DNA of 64,000 nt from Felis catus. Taxonomy: Eukaryota. Shown here one piece after another: positions 1 to 12,667 of this stretch; position 1 is the first letter of the stretch, and the number at the start of each line of letters is the position of its first letter. The position numbers were made by a program, and so were the translations under genes. The notes under the pieces are model-generated. The model did not search any database. It had not been told where the DNA came from and saw only the letters and a list, made by a program, of their open reading frames with translations. Location: NCBI RefSeq assembly GCF_018350175.1, contig NC_058368.1, forward strand, positions 135,162,001 through 135,226,000, read 5' to 3'.

Positions 1-540
1 CACTGAGACGTATTTTTTTAACTTACCAGGTTGACAAAAAAATCCAAATATTTAAAAAGACTTTCTTTTGGCAACAGTAAAAGGTACAAAAGTATATAAA
101 TGTGTGTACGCTTTGCCCCAGCAATCTGGCATTGGAGAATTTATCCTACCCATATATCTGTACATGTGAAAATGTTGTATTCAATATTATTTTTGCAATA
201 TTGTAATAGTAAAAACTACCCAAGTATGAGAGTGACTGGTTACATAAGTAATAGTACATCCATTCAAAGAATGTTTTGAAACTTAAAAAAAATTTAGAAG
301 CTATATATTGATATTAAAGTATTTCCAGGATATATTAAGCAAAAAGAATAAGGAACAAAACAGGGTATAAGCATGATAACTTTAGGGTTAGAAGAGCTGA
401 ATATGAATATACATTCATATTTGCTCATATTTTATAAAAAATACCCTGGAAGACACATTAAAAAATGAAAAAATAGAGGTTATGTTGGTGGAGGGGGGCT
501 AGATGAATTAGGCATAGAATGAGAAGAATAATTTATTAAC
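1..540 (+). mobile_element. Old L1 3' end fragment (L1M-type)
   Basis: TTTGCCCCAGCAATC...GGAGAATTTATCCT and downstream A-rich text typical of L1M ORF2 end/3' UTR. Confidence 0.55.
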
Positions 541-873
541 TTCTAGATTTGTTTTAGCAACTAAATGAATCTATTGCCAACTCAAAGGATTAAATTTACA
601 TAGCCTTTCTCTTTTTATTGGTGTGAATATAACTTATAGATTAATTTAGGTAAACATTGTTATATTTGCCCTGATGAGCCTTCCTATGCCTAAACAAGGT
701 ATTCTTTTTCATTCTATTCAAATTTTCCTTCGTTATCTATCTCTAGGTCTTCACAATTTTCTTTCCACCAATATTAAACATTTCTTAGGACATTTATCAC
801 TAAATATTTTACTGGTTTTGATTGTGTTATATTGTACTTTTCTCCATTACAACCTCTAAAAGATTACTGTTTG

Positions 874-1229
874 CTGTCCTTATGTGGGTGGGCTGCTATA
901 AGGGAATATTACAGACTGAGTGGGTTACAAATGGCAGAAACTTATTTCTCACACTTTTGGAGGCTGGTAAGTTCAAAATCAAAGCACCAGAAGATTCAGT
1001 GTCTGTTGAGAGCTTCCTGGTTCATAGACAGCCATCTTTTCACTGTATCCTGACATGGAGCAAGAGGTGAGGGAGTTGTCTGGGGTCTCTTTTACCCTTG
1101 TAATGCCATTCATGAAGGCTCACCCTCATGACCTAGCACCTCCCCAAAATCCCATCTCAAGATATTATCCCATTGGTGTGGAGGTCTCAATATACTAATT
1201 TTGGAAGGATATAAACATTCAGTCTGTAG
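874..1229 (-). mobile_element. MaLR solo LTR (MLT1A-like)
   Basis: GCTGCTATAA...CAGACTGAGTGG...TTATTTCTCAC...GGAGGCTGG..AAGTTCAA..ATCAA...CCTCATGACCT...AAACATTCAGTC diagnostic MLT1 blocks. Confidence 0.8.
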
Positions 1230-1536
1230 GAAAGACTTAATTTTGTTATGCTAATTTTATATGCAGACATCTTTCTGAATTTATTCTTTTTTTATAATAA
1301 TTTTACAGTTGAACTTTTTGGATTTATTTCTCCTGTTCAATTGCATCAGTTTGGACTTCTGGAACAGTGGACATTAAATTACAGTATGCTGTGTGAACTT
1401 CCTTACTTTGCTCATGAATTTAATGGCAAATGTTTCATAAGTCTTCTCTCCCACCAAAAAAAAAAAAAAAATGTTTTAATGAGCTCTTAGGGCAAAGAAA
1501 AAGATGTATGGAGATGTATGTTCAGGATATGATAGA

Positions 1537-1705
1537 CCAAGTATTAACCAACTACATCCATGGGCCAAATCTAGCTTACTGCTTATTTTTATAAATTAAG
1601 TTTTACTGGAACAGAGCCACATTCATATGTACTATCCATGGATGATTTCATGGAAAATATTTACTATCTGATTCTTTACAGAAAAAAAAATTTCCATCTT
1701 CAGTG
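1537..1705. mobile_element. MER58-like hAT-Charlie MITE (internally deleted)
   Basis: GGGCCAAATCTAGC...GTTTTACTGGAACAGAGCCAC...AAAATATTTACTATCTG..TCTTTACAGAAAAA. Confidence 0.7.
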
Positions 1706-3279
1706 CTAAAGTGTGCTTCAATAACAATTCTAAAATATTGTTACTGGCTTAAAATAATAAAAATAATAAAATAATTAAAATAATAAAAGTTTATATCTTG
1801 CTTAAACTACCTATCCAACTTATGTCAGCAAGGGCATGAGTTCCAACATCCACTCAGGGACCCACATTGATGGACTCTCATAATCTTGTAGATATAACAC
1901 CTGGAACACACATTCTTCTAGGGACACATATCACTTCCATTCATGTCTCATTGGCCAAAAACTTGTCACATAGTACCATCTTTGGAACTATAAGAACTAG
2001 AAAAATGGAAGAAGCTCTTATCTTCACTCTTGGGAGCTTACAGTTTAATAAGGAAGAAACGAGTGGAAAGAAATAATCAGCTAAAATTCAAGTAGGTCCC
2101 ATCAACAAGAACAAAGTTCCATAAAAAGGCCAAGCAGGAAGAAGTGATCATGTCTGTTTCAGAACATGAACAAAAGCTTTGAGCAGGAGCAGCAGTCAAG
2201 ACTCCCTAACTGGAGATACAGGGTAGGGGGTGTTTAAAGAGAAGGGGGCACTATAAATAAAAGGCCTGAGGCCAAAGTACTAAAAGTGCTCAGAAAATAG
2301 TAGAGTCTAGTGTGATTAAAATAGATATATTTAGGAGAAGAGAGGGCAATATAACTGGAACCAGAAGCTGGGGCCGCACTGGTAGAATCTTGAATGTTTT
2401 GGCATGAAGTCTTTTGCTCAGCAATTTCATATGTAAAGATGTGGACTAGTCAATCTCACTGGTTTTGCTCATATTATAACCTCAGCACTTAGCGTAGTGC
2501 TTGGCACATGTAGGTGTTCAATAAATATTTATTACATGACTGAAAAAATAGATGAATACTTTCCTATTTTTTTCCTTTATTATTTTAGAGCTGGTTAGTA
2601 ATTCACAGTAAAGAAAATATATCAGTGAAGACTGGTAATGCTGCTGAACACCTTCACTACACTATGTAGACATATTGGCATTCTGCAAATACATATAGCT
2701 CAAAGTAATTATTTTGTCCACTTTCCTAGTTTCAACCAAGTTTCATCCATTAGTTTCACAGCCCAGCCCTCCTACCAATTTCTTTATTCCCTCAACTCCC
2801 TGCTTCACTTCTTCTAACCAACTAAGATCTTATCTCCCTATTCCTAGTGACTTCCTAATGGCTACTCTTAAAATAAGTTCTTCACCTTAAAGTTACTTTC
2901 TCCAAAGGGAAATCCTAAATTAACAAAGGATCACTTCAAATCAATGAAAACAAAAAACAAAAAACAAAAAACACTCTTCCTTCTAGCATAACCAAAATAA
3001 CTTCCAGATGGATTAAAGAGTAAATTGTTTTCATAATTCAATTTATAGAAAAAAGTAGAATCAGATAGCCCTGAAACATGCAAAGAGAGGATGGCCTTGT
3101 AAGTTTAGAAGCAATAAAACACTTTAAAAAAGGAAAGATCAACAGGCTTACTACTAAATCCTAAATAAGCATAAATAAATAAAAAACAAATAAGTATATT
3201 AAAAGAAGTCACAGACAAAAGAAATTCTTTGTAGCATATTTAATGTACAAAGAGTTAATGGCTTTAAAGTAAAAAAGAT

Positions 3280-3459
3280 GGGATCCTGGGTGGCTCAGTT
3301 GTTTAAGTGTATGACTTTTTTCGGTTCAGGTCACATTCTTGGCTGAGTTAGAGCCCCACATCCGTAAGGAGCCTACCTGGGATTCTCTCTCTCTCCCCCT
3401 CTCTCTCTGCCCCTCCCCCACTCTTCTCTCAAAATAGATAAACTTAAAAAAATTAAAAA
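3280..3459 (+). mobile_element. CanSINE (older, diverged)
   Basis: GGGATCCTGGGTGGCTCAGTTG head, (CT)n, A-rich tail. Confidence 0.85.
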
Positions 3460-3461
3460 GT

Positions 3462-3694
3462 GGGGTGCCTGGGTGGCTCAGTCGGTTAAGCGTCCGGCTT
3501 CGGCTCAGGTCATGATCTCACAGTCCATGAGTTCAAGCCCCATGTCAGGCTCTGTGCTGACAGCTCAGAGCCTGGAGCCTATTTCGGATTCTGTGTCTCC
3601 CTCTTTCTTTGCCCCTCCCCTGCTCATGCTCTGCCTCTCACTGTCTCAAAAATAAATAAAAACATTTAAAAAAAATTTTTAATAAAAATAAAAA
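3462..3694 (+). mobile_element. CanSINE (SINEC_Fc type)
   Basis: GGGGTGCCTGGGTGGCTCAGTCGGTTAAG head, GCTGACAGCTCAGAGCCTGGAGCC body, CT tract, AATAAA tail. Confidence 0.95.
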
Positions 3695-3900
3695 AGCAAA
3701 AAAGAGTATAATCAAATATTAAGAGAGAACAATACCTCAATGGGCAAAGGAAAGACAGTTCATAATAGGATAAAACTAGAAAAAAAAATTAGAAAGATGG
3801 TCAATCTCTCTAGCAATAAAATCCAAATTAAAAATAAATTAATTTACCACTTTACTGGAAAAATTACTGATATAAAAATGATATAAAATCCACTGCCGGA

Positions 3901-4105
3901 GGGGTGTCTGGGTGGATCAGTTGGTTGAATGTCTGACTCTCGATTTTGGCTCAGGTCATGAGCCCAGGGTTGTGGGATCAAGCCCCGTATCAGACTCCAC
4001 GCTCAGCATGGAGATTAAGATTCTCTCTCTTCATCTGTCCCTCTCCCGTCCATGCACTCTCTCTCAATCTCTAAAAAAAAAAAAACAATAAACAAAAAAA
4101 TTTTT
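3901..4105 (+). mobile_element. CanSINE (older) with TSD
   Basis: TSD AAATCCACTGC(C/T)GGA at 3886-3900 and 4106-4120. Confidence 0.92.
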
Positions 4106-5414
4106 AAATCCACTGCTGGAGACATATAGTAATAACTGTACTTTCATCTACAGCTGCTATGATTGTAATTGATATGGCTCTTTAGGAAAGCAATTTGGCA
4201 ATATGCATGAAGAAGCATAAAAATGAAGATACTTTTTGATCCAGAAATTTCACTTCTGGGAACCTGTCCTATGGAAACAGTCCAAAATATGGAAAAAGGT
4301 TTATTTACCAAGATGTTCATCATAGCATTATTTGTAATTATGAAAAAATAAAAACAATCCAAATTTCTAATAAGGGAATAGTTAAGTAAATTACAATGCA
4401 TCATTTGAAGGATTTTATGTGGCCACTAAAAATACGGTGAAAAAACTAAAAAGTAAAATGTTTATTCTATAATAGAGTACTCAAAATATCATGCACACTA
4501 AAATATCCAATTAACAAGAGTTGTCATATAAATGGTAAAATTATGGTGTTTTGAAATCTCCCCCATCCTGCCCTGCCGTGAGAAAACTCTGCTCGTGACA
4601 ATTTCCCACCTTAAACAGCCTAATAATCCATTGCTTTCTTAGTGAAAACATGGAATGAACTTCAGTTTACATGTCATTGTTATTGTCTTGGGTGATTATA
4701 AAGCCCAACCATGCTGTTCATTGAGCACCCTTCCTCCACTGCCATGCAAGCCATTCTCTAACTTCTGGGCTTTGGATCCATGTGAAGAAAGCTTAGGGCT
4801 AGCCTGTCCTGTCAAACTTGGATCCTCATCTGGCCTCTGCGAGGTGGGGAGAGGCAAGTAGCTTAGGAAATGAAAGGTATTTAAGGGTCTTGCGCCACTA
4901 CAATGACCTTCGCATGACACCTCTTCTGCAGAGACAAGAAGGTAGATGTCTGCTCCCCCCGTTACCCTACATAATAGGAATGTTTTTGTGACATTCCACC
5001 TAAGTTATCAACCACACACTGTATAAAGACTAAGGCAAGGTAGACCATCCCTGCCCTTTCCTAAGTAAGAGTATACTCCCAAGTAGCACAGTTATGGTAT
5101 AGTTCTATTGCTATATAACCATCTTTAAATGATCTAGAATAAATCATTGAACTAAGCTTAATAAAGCGTTTATCTTGGGCCTGGCTCGAAGTGCTTGACG
5201 TGTATTAACTCACTGAATATTCCCAACAGTCCTACAAGGCACGTGCTGTTATCATTCACATTTCACAGATGGGAAAACTGAGGTACAAAGAAATTAGATG
5301 GCTTACCCACCACCACTCACTCAGCCAGTTAGAAATAGAACACGGGCAGTCTGTCCCCACAGCCTGTATTCTTAACCACTATGTATCATCGCATCTTGTA
5401 ATCGAGTTCCTACT

Positions 5415-5690
5415 AGTCATTATGGTGTGCCCTAATCTAATCTATCGTCCTTGTAAAAAGGGGAGATTTGGAGATACACACACACAGAGGATGCCAAGTG
5501 AAGATAAAGAGAGAGATGGGGCAGTGCTTCTACAAGCAAGGACTGCCAGCAGACCACCAGAAGCTAGGAGAGAGACACAGAAACAAATTCTCTCTCATTC
5601 TTCAGAACACAATAACACGGCTAACAGCCTGATCTTTGACTTGTCGTTTGCGGTACTTTGTTATGGGAGCCCCAGCAAACTACCACAATA
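5415..5690 (+). mobile_element. MaLR LTR fragment (MLT1B/C-like)
   Basis: CCCTAATC..GTCCTTGTAAAAAGGGGAGATTTGGA...CCACCAGAAGCTAGGAGAGAG...GGTACTTTGTTATGG..GCCCCAGCAAACTA. Confidence 0.75.
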
Positions 5691-5809
5691 CCTTTTCTTC
5701 TTACTGTTATCATCGCCTATCTACCTATCTATCTCGGTTAAAATGGATTAGAAGTCAGGTGAAGAGTAGAGATTTGCAATGGAATGGGATAGTTTAGAGC
5801 AGTAGTTTT

Positions 5810-6045
5810 TTGTTTGTTTGTCTGCTTGCTGTGTTTCAGTTTTAAGTGTTTTAATGTGTATTTACTTCGGAGACAGAGAGACAGAGCACAAGCAGGGGAG
5901 GGGCAAAGAGGGCCGGAGACAGAATCTGAAACAGGCTGCAGGCTCTGAGCTGTCAGCACAGAGCCCAACGTGGGGCCCGAACCCACAAACTGTGAGATCA
6001 TGACCTGAAGTGGACACTTAACTGACTGAGCCACCCAGGCGCCCC
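5810..6045 (-). mobile_element. CanSINE with TSD
   Basis: Ends CTGAGCCACCCAGGCGCCCC; TSD TAG(A/G)GCAGTAGTTTT at 5795-5809 and 6046-6060. Confidence 0.95.
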
Positions 6046-6289
6046 TAGGGCAGTAGTTTTAAAACTACATTATATGAAGGCTTAAGGTTCCAAAAAGTAA
6101 CCTGAAGAGGCAGGTTCCATGAGGTCAAACAGGGGACAGAGAGCAGAGCTCTAGAACTCTGTCACCTTCACACACACAGCCCAACTTCAAGGAAAGCCAG
6201 TCCACTTTTCTCTGTTGCACAATTTGTGGTCCAACTAAGATGCTGTTTGAAGAAAAATTCCCATTGCATTTTAAAAGGTCAAGAATACT

Positions 6290-6478
6290 GGGACACCTGG
6301 ATGGCTCAGTTAGTTAAGTGTCCATCTTTGGCTCAGGTTGTGATCTTGGAAGTTCATGAGTTCAATCCTTGCATCAGGTTCACTGCTGTCAGCGCACAGC
6401 CGGCTTCAGATCTTCTGTCTCCCTCTCTCTCTGCCCTCCCCTGCTCGCGCGCTCTCTCTCTCGAAAATACATAAATAT

Positions 6479-6509
<31 letters not shown>

Positions 6510-6510
6510 A
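6290..6510 (+). mobile_element. CanSINE with (TAAA)n tail
   Basis: SINE head and body; flanking GGTCAAGAATAC duplication. Confidence 0.93.
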
Positions 6511-6615
6511 AATGGTCAAGAATACCGATTTAAAAGCAAAGCTTATTTCTTCACTTGAGACAATTTTTACCGAGCCACTATTGTGTTCCGAGGAATATTT
6601 TAAAACCCAAAGACC

Positions 6616-6762
6616 AGGGTGCCTGGGTGGCTCAGTTGGTTAAGTGTCCAACTCTTGACTTTGACTCAGTCATGATCTCACAGTTCATGGGATCGTGCCC
6701 CACGTTGGGCTCCACACTGACAACATAGAGCCTGCTTGGGATTCTCTCTCTCCTTCTCTTTC

Positions 6763-6808
<46 letters not shown>

Positions 6809-6839
6809 AATAAATATTTAAACTTAAAAAAATTTTAAA
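6616..6839 (+). mobile_element. CanSINE with long (CT)n
   Basis: GGGTGCCTGGGTGGCTCAGTTGG head; flanking TAAAACCCA duplication. Confidence 0.92.
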
Positions 6840-6899
6840 TAAAACCCATGGGCCATTTTTATTGTCCCCCAGGAATCCCTTATTTTAAAATACTGGGTT

Positions 6900-7080
6900 G
6901 GGGCACCTGGGTGGCTCAGTCAGTTAAGTGTCTGACTCTTGATTTCGGCTCAGGTCATGATCTCACGGCTCTGTGCTGACAGCACAGAACATGCTTGGAA
7001 TTCTCTGCCTGTCTCTCTCTCTCTCTCTGCCCCTCCCCCCCATCTTTCTCCCCCTCTCAAAATAAATAAATAAACATCTT
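6900..7080 (+). mobile_element. CanSINE with internal deletion
   Basis: Head intact; TCTCACGG joined directly to CTCTGTGCTGACAGC (B-box region missing); flanking ATACTGGG duplication. Confidence 0.9.
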
Positions 7081-7119
7081 AAAACATACTGGGCTAAACA
7101 GAAAATTGGAAATTAAAAA

Positions 7120-8370
7120 AACTTTTTGAGTATAGTTGACACACAGTGTTAATTTCAGCTATACAACCTACATATCTGATAAGTTTATACATTATTCTAT
7201 GCTCACCACAAGTGTAGCTACTACCATATTTCACCATACACTATTACAACATCATTGACTGTAGTCCTTATGCTGTGTCTTTTATTCCCATGACTTACTC
7301 ATTCCATAACTGGAGACCTGTATCTCCCTCTTCCCTTCACCCATTCTGCCCACCTCTCACTCTTCTCCTCTCTGGCAACCACTAGCCTGTCCTCTGAATT
7401 TATAAGTCTGATTCTGCTTTCTGTTTATTTATTCGTTTGTCTTTTTTTTTTTTAGATTCCCTATGTAAGTTAAATCATATGGTATTAGGCTTTGTCAATC
7501 TGACTTATTTCACTTAGCATAATACCCTCTAGGTCCATCCATGTTGTCCCAAATGGCATGATTTTATCCTTGTTTATAGCTGTGTAATATTCCATTGTGT
7601 ATATATACCATATCCTCCTTATCCATTTGTCTACTGATGGATGCTTAGGTTGTTTCCATATCTTGGTTATTGAAGCTAATGCTAGAATAGACATAAAAGT
7701 ACACATATCTTTTTGAATTAGTGTTTTCATTTTCTTTGGGTATATACCCAGTAGTGGAATTATTGGATCATATGGTATTTCCACTTTTAATTTTTTGAGG
7801 AATCCCCACGCTGTTTTCCACAGTGGCCGTACCAATTTACATTCCCACCAAGTTTCCATTTTCTCCACATCCATGCCAACACTTGATAATTCCTATCTTC
7901 TTGATTTTAGACATTCTGACAGGTGTTAAATGATATTATGGTTTTGATTTACATTTCCCAATGATGAGGGATGTTAAGCAACTTTTCATGGGTCTGTTGG
8001 CTATTGGTATGTCTTCTTTGGGAAAATGTCTATTCAGGTCCTCTGCCCATTTTTAAATCAGATTGTTTGTTTTTTGGTGTTGAGTAGTGTAAGTTCTTTA
8101 CCTATTTTGGACATTAACCTGTTATCGAATATATCATTTGCAAATATGTTCTCCCATGTAATAGATTGCCTTTTTTGTTTTGTTGATGGCTTCCTTCCCT
8201 GTGCAAAAGCTTTTTATTTTGGTATAGTCCCATTAATTTATTTTTGCTTTTGTTTCACTTGCCAGAGGAGGCATATCTAGGAGAAGGTTACTACAGCCAA
8301 TGTCAGAGACATTATCACCTCTGTTCTCTTCTAGGATTTTTATGGTTTCAGGTCTCACATTCAAGACTTC
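7120..8370 (-). mobile_element. 5'-truncated carnivore L1 (ORF2 C-terminus + 3' UTR), degenerate
   Basis: ORF 7485-7874 reads [12 protein letters not shown]...[12 protein letters not shown]...WMDLEGIMLSEISQ, which is the L1 ORF2 C-terminus; upstream frameshifts. Confidence 0.92.
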
Positions 8371-9894
8371 AATTAAAAAATGAGATTATTGAGTAAAAGA
8401 TGACTAATTAGCTCATCGTTAATAATCAAGACATGCAATAACCAATCAAAATTTAACTTTCAAGCCGAAAAGCAATGGTGCCTTGTATAGTCTTAGATTT
8501 TCTTTCTGTTTGAAATATTACAAATAGGTAGCGATTTCCACTTTTGAATATTCAAATCCATAGGGTCTCTATTCCCTAGGCTTGGAATAATAGAGTGAGG
8601 GGGTCTCAGTGAAATTAAAAATATGTAACTTTTCTATTAAATAAAGACTAACAAGAGAAGCAGTAGGGATTTGTTTGTTTCCAGTCATTTCAAAAGGCAA
8701 CCAATAAAATATACGACTTTATGGGCTCCTTCAGAGGCTGAGGTTTGACAGTTTGGGATTGTGTATGACCTGGAAGAAGGAATTTTCAAAGGTATTAAGT
8801 CCATAGTATTCTGGAACACAGTTTGCCACTGAAATGATTTTCAAGTCTGCTTAAAATTAACTTAAAGCTTTGGCATTTACTTAGCCTTAAAAACAGACGA
8901 ATCACTGTGTCATCAAATATATACCTAGAGTATATGTGTGTAAGACGGGGCACTAAGCAGAGCAGGCCTGCCCAGCAGCCAACCAAGAGAACTGATCTGG
9001 AAAGAACTGCTGGGGCCCGTAACCACTCAATAGGAGTCAGGCCTGGCTGGCAAGATCTGCTCATTCCCACTGCCGACCTATACCATTCCCACTCTGTCAG
9101 GTCCTGAAGGCATCTTTCTCTTCACTCACTAGACCAAGAGGTGTTCCCTCTAAGATTTTTTCTTATTATTATTGTCAGTTGTAATTCAAGAGAAAGATGG
9201 CCGTTCACGCTGCCACAAATTGTCACTAAAATCGGATCCTTAAAGATTTGGTTTGCATACTATCCCACAGGAAACATCAACGGCACTGTCTTTAAAATCA
9301 TGCACGAGGTTCTGTGGGAAAACATCAAAAGAGAAGAAATTCAAGGAGTGAGACTATAAACTCATGATCCTGATTTTCAACAAGAGTTCCAATATTTATA
9401 TAACCAAACAACTATTGTTTCCTTTACAGAAGGCACCCACAAAGCTATAAACATTCCCACAATGATTCCATTGTCTAAAGATGACCGGGAAATACTTTTG
9501 GAATTTCCTTTAGAGTCTGAAACATTTTCTTTTGAACAGCCTCAAAGGTGATCATTCTTTTTGTGCAAGTTCCTTAACATCCTTGAGCCTACGTTTCCTC
9601 ACAGTCCAATGGTATCTATTTCACTGGGCTTTTGTGAAGGTTCAATGAGAAAATCTGCTAACAGTACTCAGCACAGGGCCTGGCACCTGGCAAGTGTTCA
9701 ATAAATGTTACTAGTATTATTAGTCATGATTCCTAGAGGATGCATGATATTTTTGGAGTGTTGAAGGACTTTTGAATCTAAGTCTTAAATCAGGTGGTGA
9801 TACAACTAAGTAACACGGTGTAATGTCAGCCACAAGAAGAGACTATAAAGCAAGAAATATATTTTCTTTTTGTAGTCTATAGATTGGAATTTTT

Positions 9895-10127
9895 TAATTT
9901 TAAAATTTTAAAATTGTTTTTTTACAATTTATGTATTTATCTTAAGAAAGAGAGACAGAGCATGTGAGTGGGGTAGGGGCAGAGAGAGAGGGAGAGAGAA
10001 TCCCAAGCAGGCTCCATGCTGCCAGCACAGAGCCCAATGCTGGGCTCAAACTCACGAACCACGAGATCATGACCTGAGCCGAAATCAAGAGGCAGACGCT
10101 TAGCCCACTGAGTCGCTCAGGTGCCCC
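9895..10127 (-). mobile_element. CanSINE
   Basis: T-rich tail, GAGAGAATCCCAAGCAGGCTCC, ends CAGGTGCCCC. Confidence 0.92.
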
Positions 10128-12448
10128 AAATAGAATGTTTTTAAAGGAGTCTCAATACTTTGCTAAATACTTAAAAGAAGCACTGTCTTCTAATGTCTAC
10201 CCTGAAGGAAACACATCAGCTTCTTGCAATGAAGGCTTCCTGGCAATGGGTGGCCTCACCATCCATCACTGTTTCCATAGTCACATATGGTTCAGTCCAG
10301 TGGGAAGTGACAAAGAAGATGGCACATGCAAATTGAAATAATACAAACCAGCACCTGTGTGCTTCTGCTCCATAATTCTCTCTCACTTTATCTCCTCCCT
10401 GTGTTCTTTCTCCCTCTCCCTCTGTCTCTCTCTCTCTCTCTCTGACCCTTTGAGAAGAAAGAGGGGATTTTCTTAGGTTTGTGTGTCTGTATCATACGTG
10501 TTTATGTCATTCCACTGAAAGCAGGGAATCTGAATTGTTAGTGTGGCACAAGTTTCAACCCTTCAATTCTTATTTCTCTGCAGCAAAGTACACCATACCC
10601 ATCCTTTCCGTTCATAACTTTAAAATTGCTTTGTAAGTGGCTTGCTCAGCATTACCCAGGCCCAGGTGGGAACTCTGTCTTTCCCTGAGTAAAGACTGCC
10701 AAGCAGTAGTAATATCACTAAAACATTAAGATCAATAATCCTAAAACACTGGGGATTTCACTTACATACAAACCATGTCTTTTCTGCTTATTGTATCTTT
10801 CCCCTTGGCATCTAGAGTCTATTAGACGTTCCTTATCTATAGAGAAACAAAATATAAGGGAAGGGGATGTAGTCAGAAATAACTTAGAGTGCCTAACCTC
10901 CCTGATAGTGAAGGTCCCTTATGAGAAAGCCAAACGTTTGTAGACATAGGCTTGCTTTTAAGGCTCACATTTCATAGCACTTGATCCACGGGAGGACACT
11001 CAGAGTGTCAGGCTCCTGACCCTGGTTTCCAAAGGACCAATTTTTGTCTTTGGTGGCAGCAAGTTTACAAAATTCCATTACTAACGCTCAGCATGAAACT
11101 GGTATGTAGTGAAAAAGTAAAGTTTATATCCTGGCTTGGTGAGTATATTGCTACGTGTGTGAGTAAGGAAGATTCTGAGGCAGAGGTTAAATAACCAGTG
11201 GGTACTGATTACATTTCCCTTCTGAGCCCTGCAACTTATTTCCCAGGAGAATTCAATCACAAGCTAGAAAAACCTTAGAGCTGTAAGGGATCTTACAGCT
11301 TGAGGGATCTTCTTCATTATAACAATGAGGAAACTAAGGTCAAAACAGAGTTATGTCACGAGCTCGAGTCAAGCTAGAATTCGTTTCTAGGTCCAGGAAG
11401 GACACGGCTCTCTTAACTTGCAGCCACAACATTGTTTTCAGCTCTTGCTTTTCACTTCTTAGTTTCCTTAGGAGACAGAAGTATCTCACTACCTACCCAC
11501 TTCCATTCCCCAAATCTCATAATCAGCTTCACCAGGGAATCGCCTTACATTAGAGAGATACAGAACACATTAGCAAAGAGTCTGTGGGTCTCTCTAGAGA
11601 GGGTTTAAAGGAGGAGGAGATCTCTATTAAGGGAATATTTTAAGTGCAGTCGTTACTACACAGAAGAGCAGGTTTCTGAAATTCCTTTCATGTCCATGAT
11701 TCTTCTATTAGACACCCTGCATGACAAAAATCAAGTGTCAAGAGGCCTTCTAACACGCTGACATCGAAATGCGAATTTCATCTCAGATAAGATGCAGAAC
11801 TAATCTTCGATTTAATCCTACTAAGCCATGCACCCAGTTTCTTCGGGTAAGTTTGAGTCCACCGTCGACAGAAGTTAAATAAATCAGAGCACACATGGAC
11901 GAGAACACGATTTTCAGAGTTATTTGGAGATCGTCTCTACCTTGCCAGCTCACGGCTTGCAGCAAGTAAGTAAACTTAGATTAACCCTAGATCAATCCAA
12001 AGACAAAAGAACCTTCAGCCAAGAGATTAAGATAGGGCTGAGGGGGAGGGGGAAGAAAAATATGCTATGTCCTAATCACTAGGAAAGAACAGGCTGTCCA
12101 AGCCAATTCTGGTCTGATCTATGAGATCAATTGCATCTGGAGCTCTTTGACTACTGGCAGCAATCACAGGGACAGCAGTGCAGTGCTGAGGAAGGATTAC
12201 CTCATTGAAAAGAGCGGCCGTGGCTACCAACCTCCCTTTCTGAGCCTCCCTCTCTGAGCCTGCCCTCCCTGTCCTCAGCCATGACTCATTGCCAATTGCC
12301 CAGTGATACGTAGCTAGTCTGAGAAGTATGTTGATAGAGCAAACCTACGGTCTCTTTTCCAATCAACCAACTACCTTCCTATTCAAATCCATCTTAAAAT
12401 TTAAATGAATACAAATTAGTGAGCTGCTTTCAAATGGTTGGTCTTCTA

Positions 12449-12667
12449 GGGGGTGCCTGGGTGGCTCAGTCAGTTAAGCATCCAACTTTGGCTCAGGTCA
12501 CAATCTCACAGCTCTTGAGTTTGAAACCCTCTTCGGGCTCTGTGCTGACAGCTCAGAGCCTGGAGTCTGCTTCAGATTCTGCGTCTCCCTCTCTCTGCCC
12601 CACCCCCTCTTGCTCTCTGTCTCTGTCTCTCAAAAATGAATAAACATTAAAAAACATTTTTTTTTAA
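12449..12667 (+). mobile_element. CanSINE with perfect 18-bp TSD
   Basis: TCAAATGGTTGGTCTTCT at 12430-12447 and 12668-12685. Confidence 0.95.

Larger units (their letters stand above)
2970..4550 (+). mobile_element. Old L1 ORF2 3' fragment interrupted by three SINEs
   Basis: ACCAAAATAACTTCCAGATGGATTAAAGAG; CTTTTTGATCCAGAAATTTCACTTCTGGGAA; AGATGTTCATCATAGCATTATTTG. Confidence 0.7.

Noticed and set aside
5269..5751. 160-aa ORF
   Set aside because: Runs across MIR and MLT1 remnants; a chance open frame.
7485..7874. 129-aa ORF with clear protein homology
   Set aside because: Fragment of a dead, truncated L1 ORF2, not a host gene.
9300..9830. Possible ancient mariner-like remnant
   Set aside because: Only a vague resemblance; no terminal inverted repeats or transposase frame could be established.
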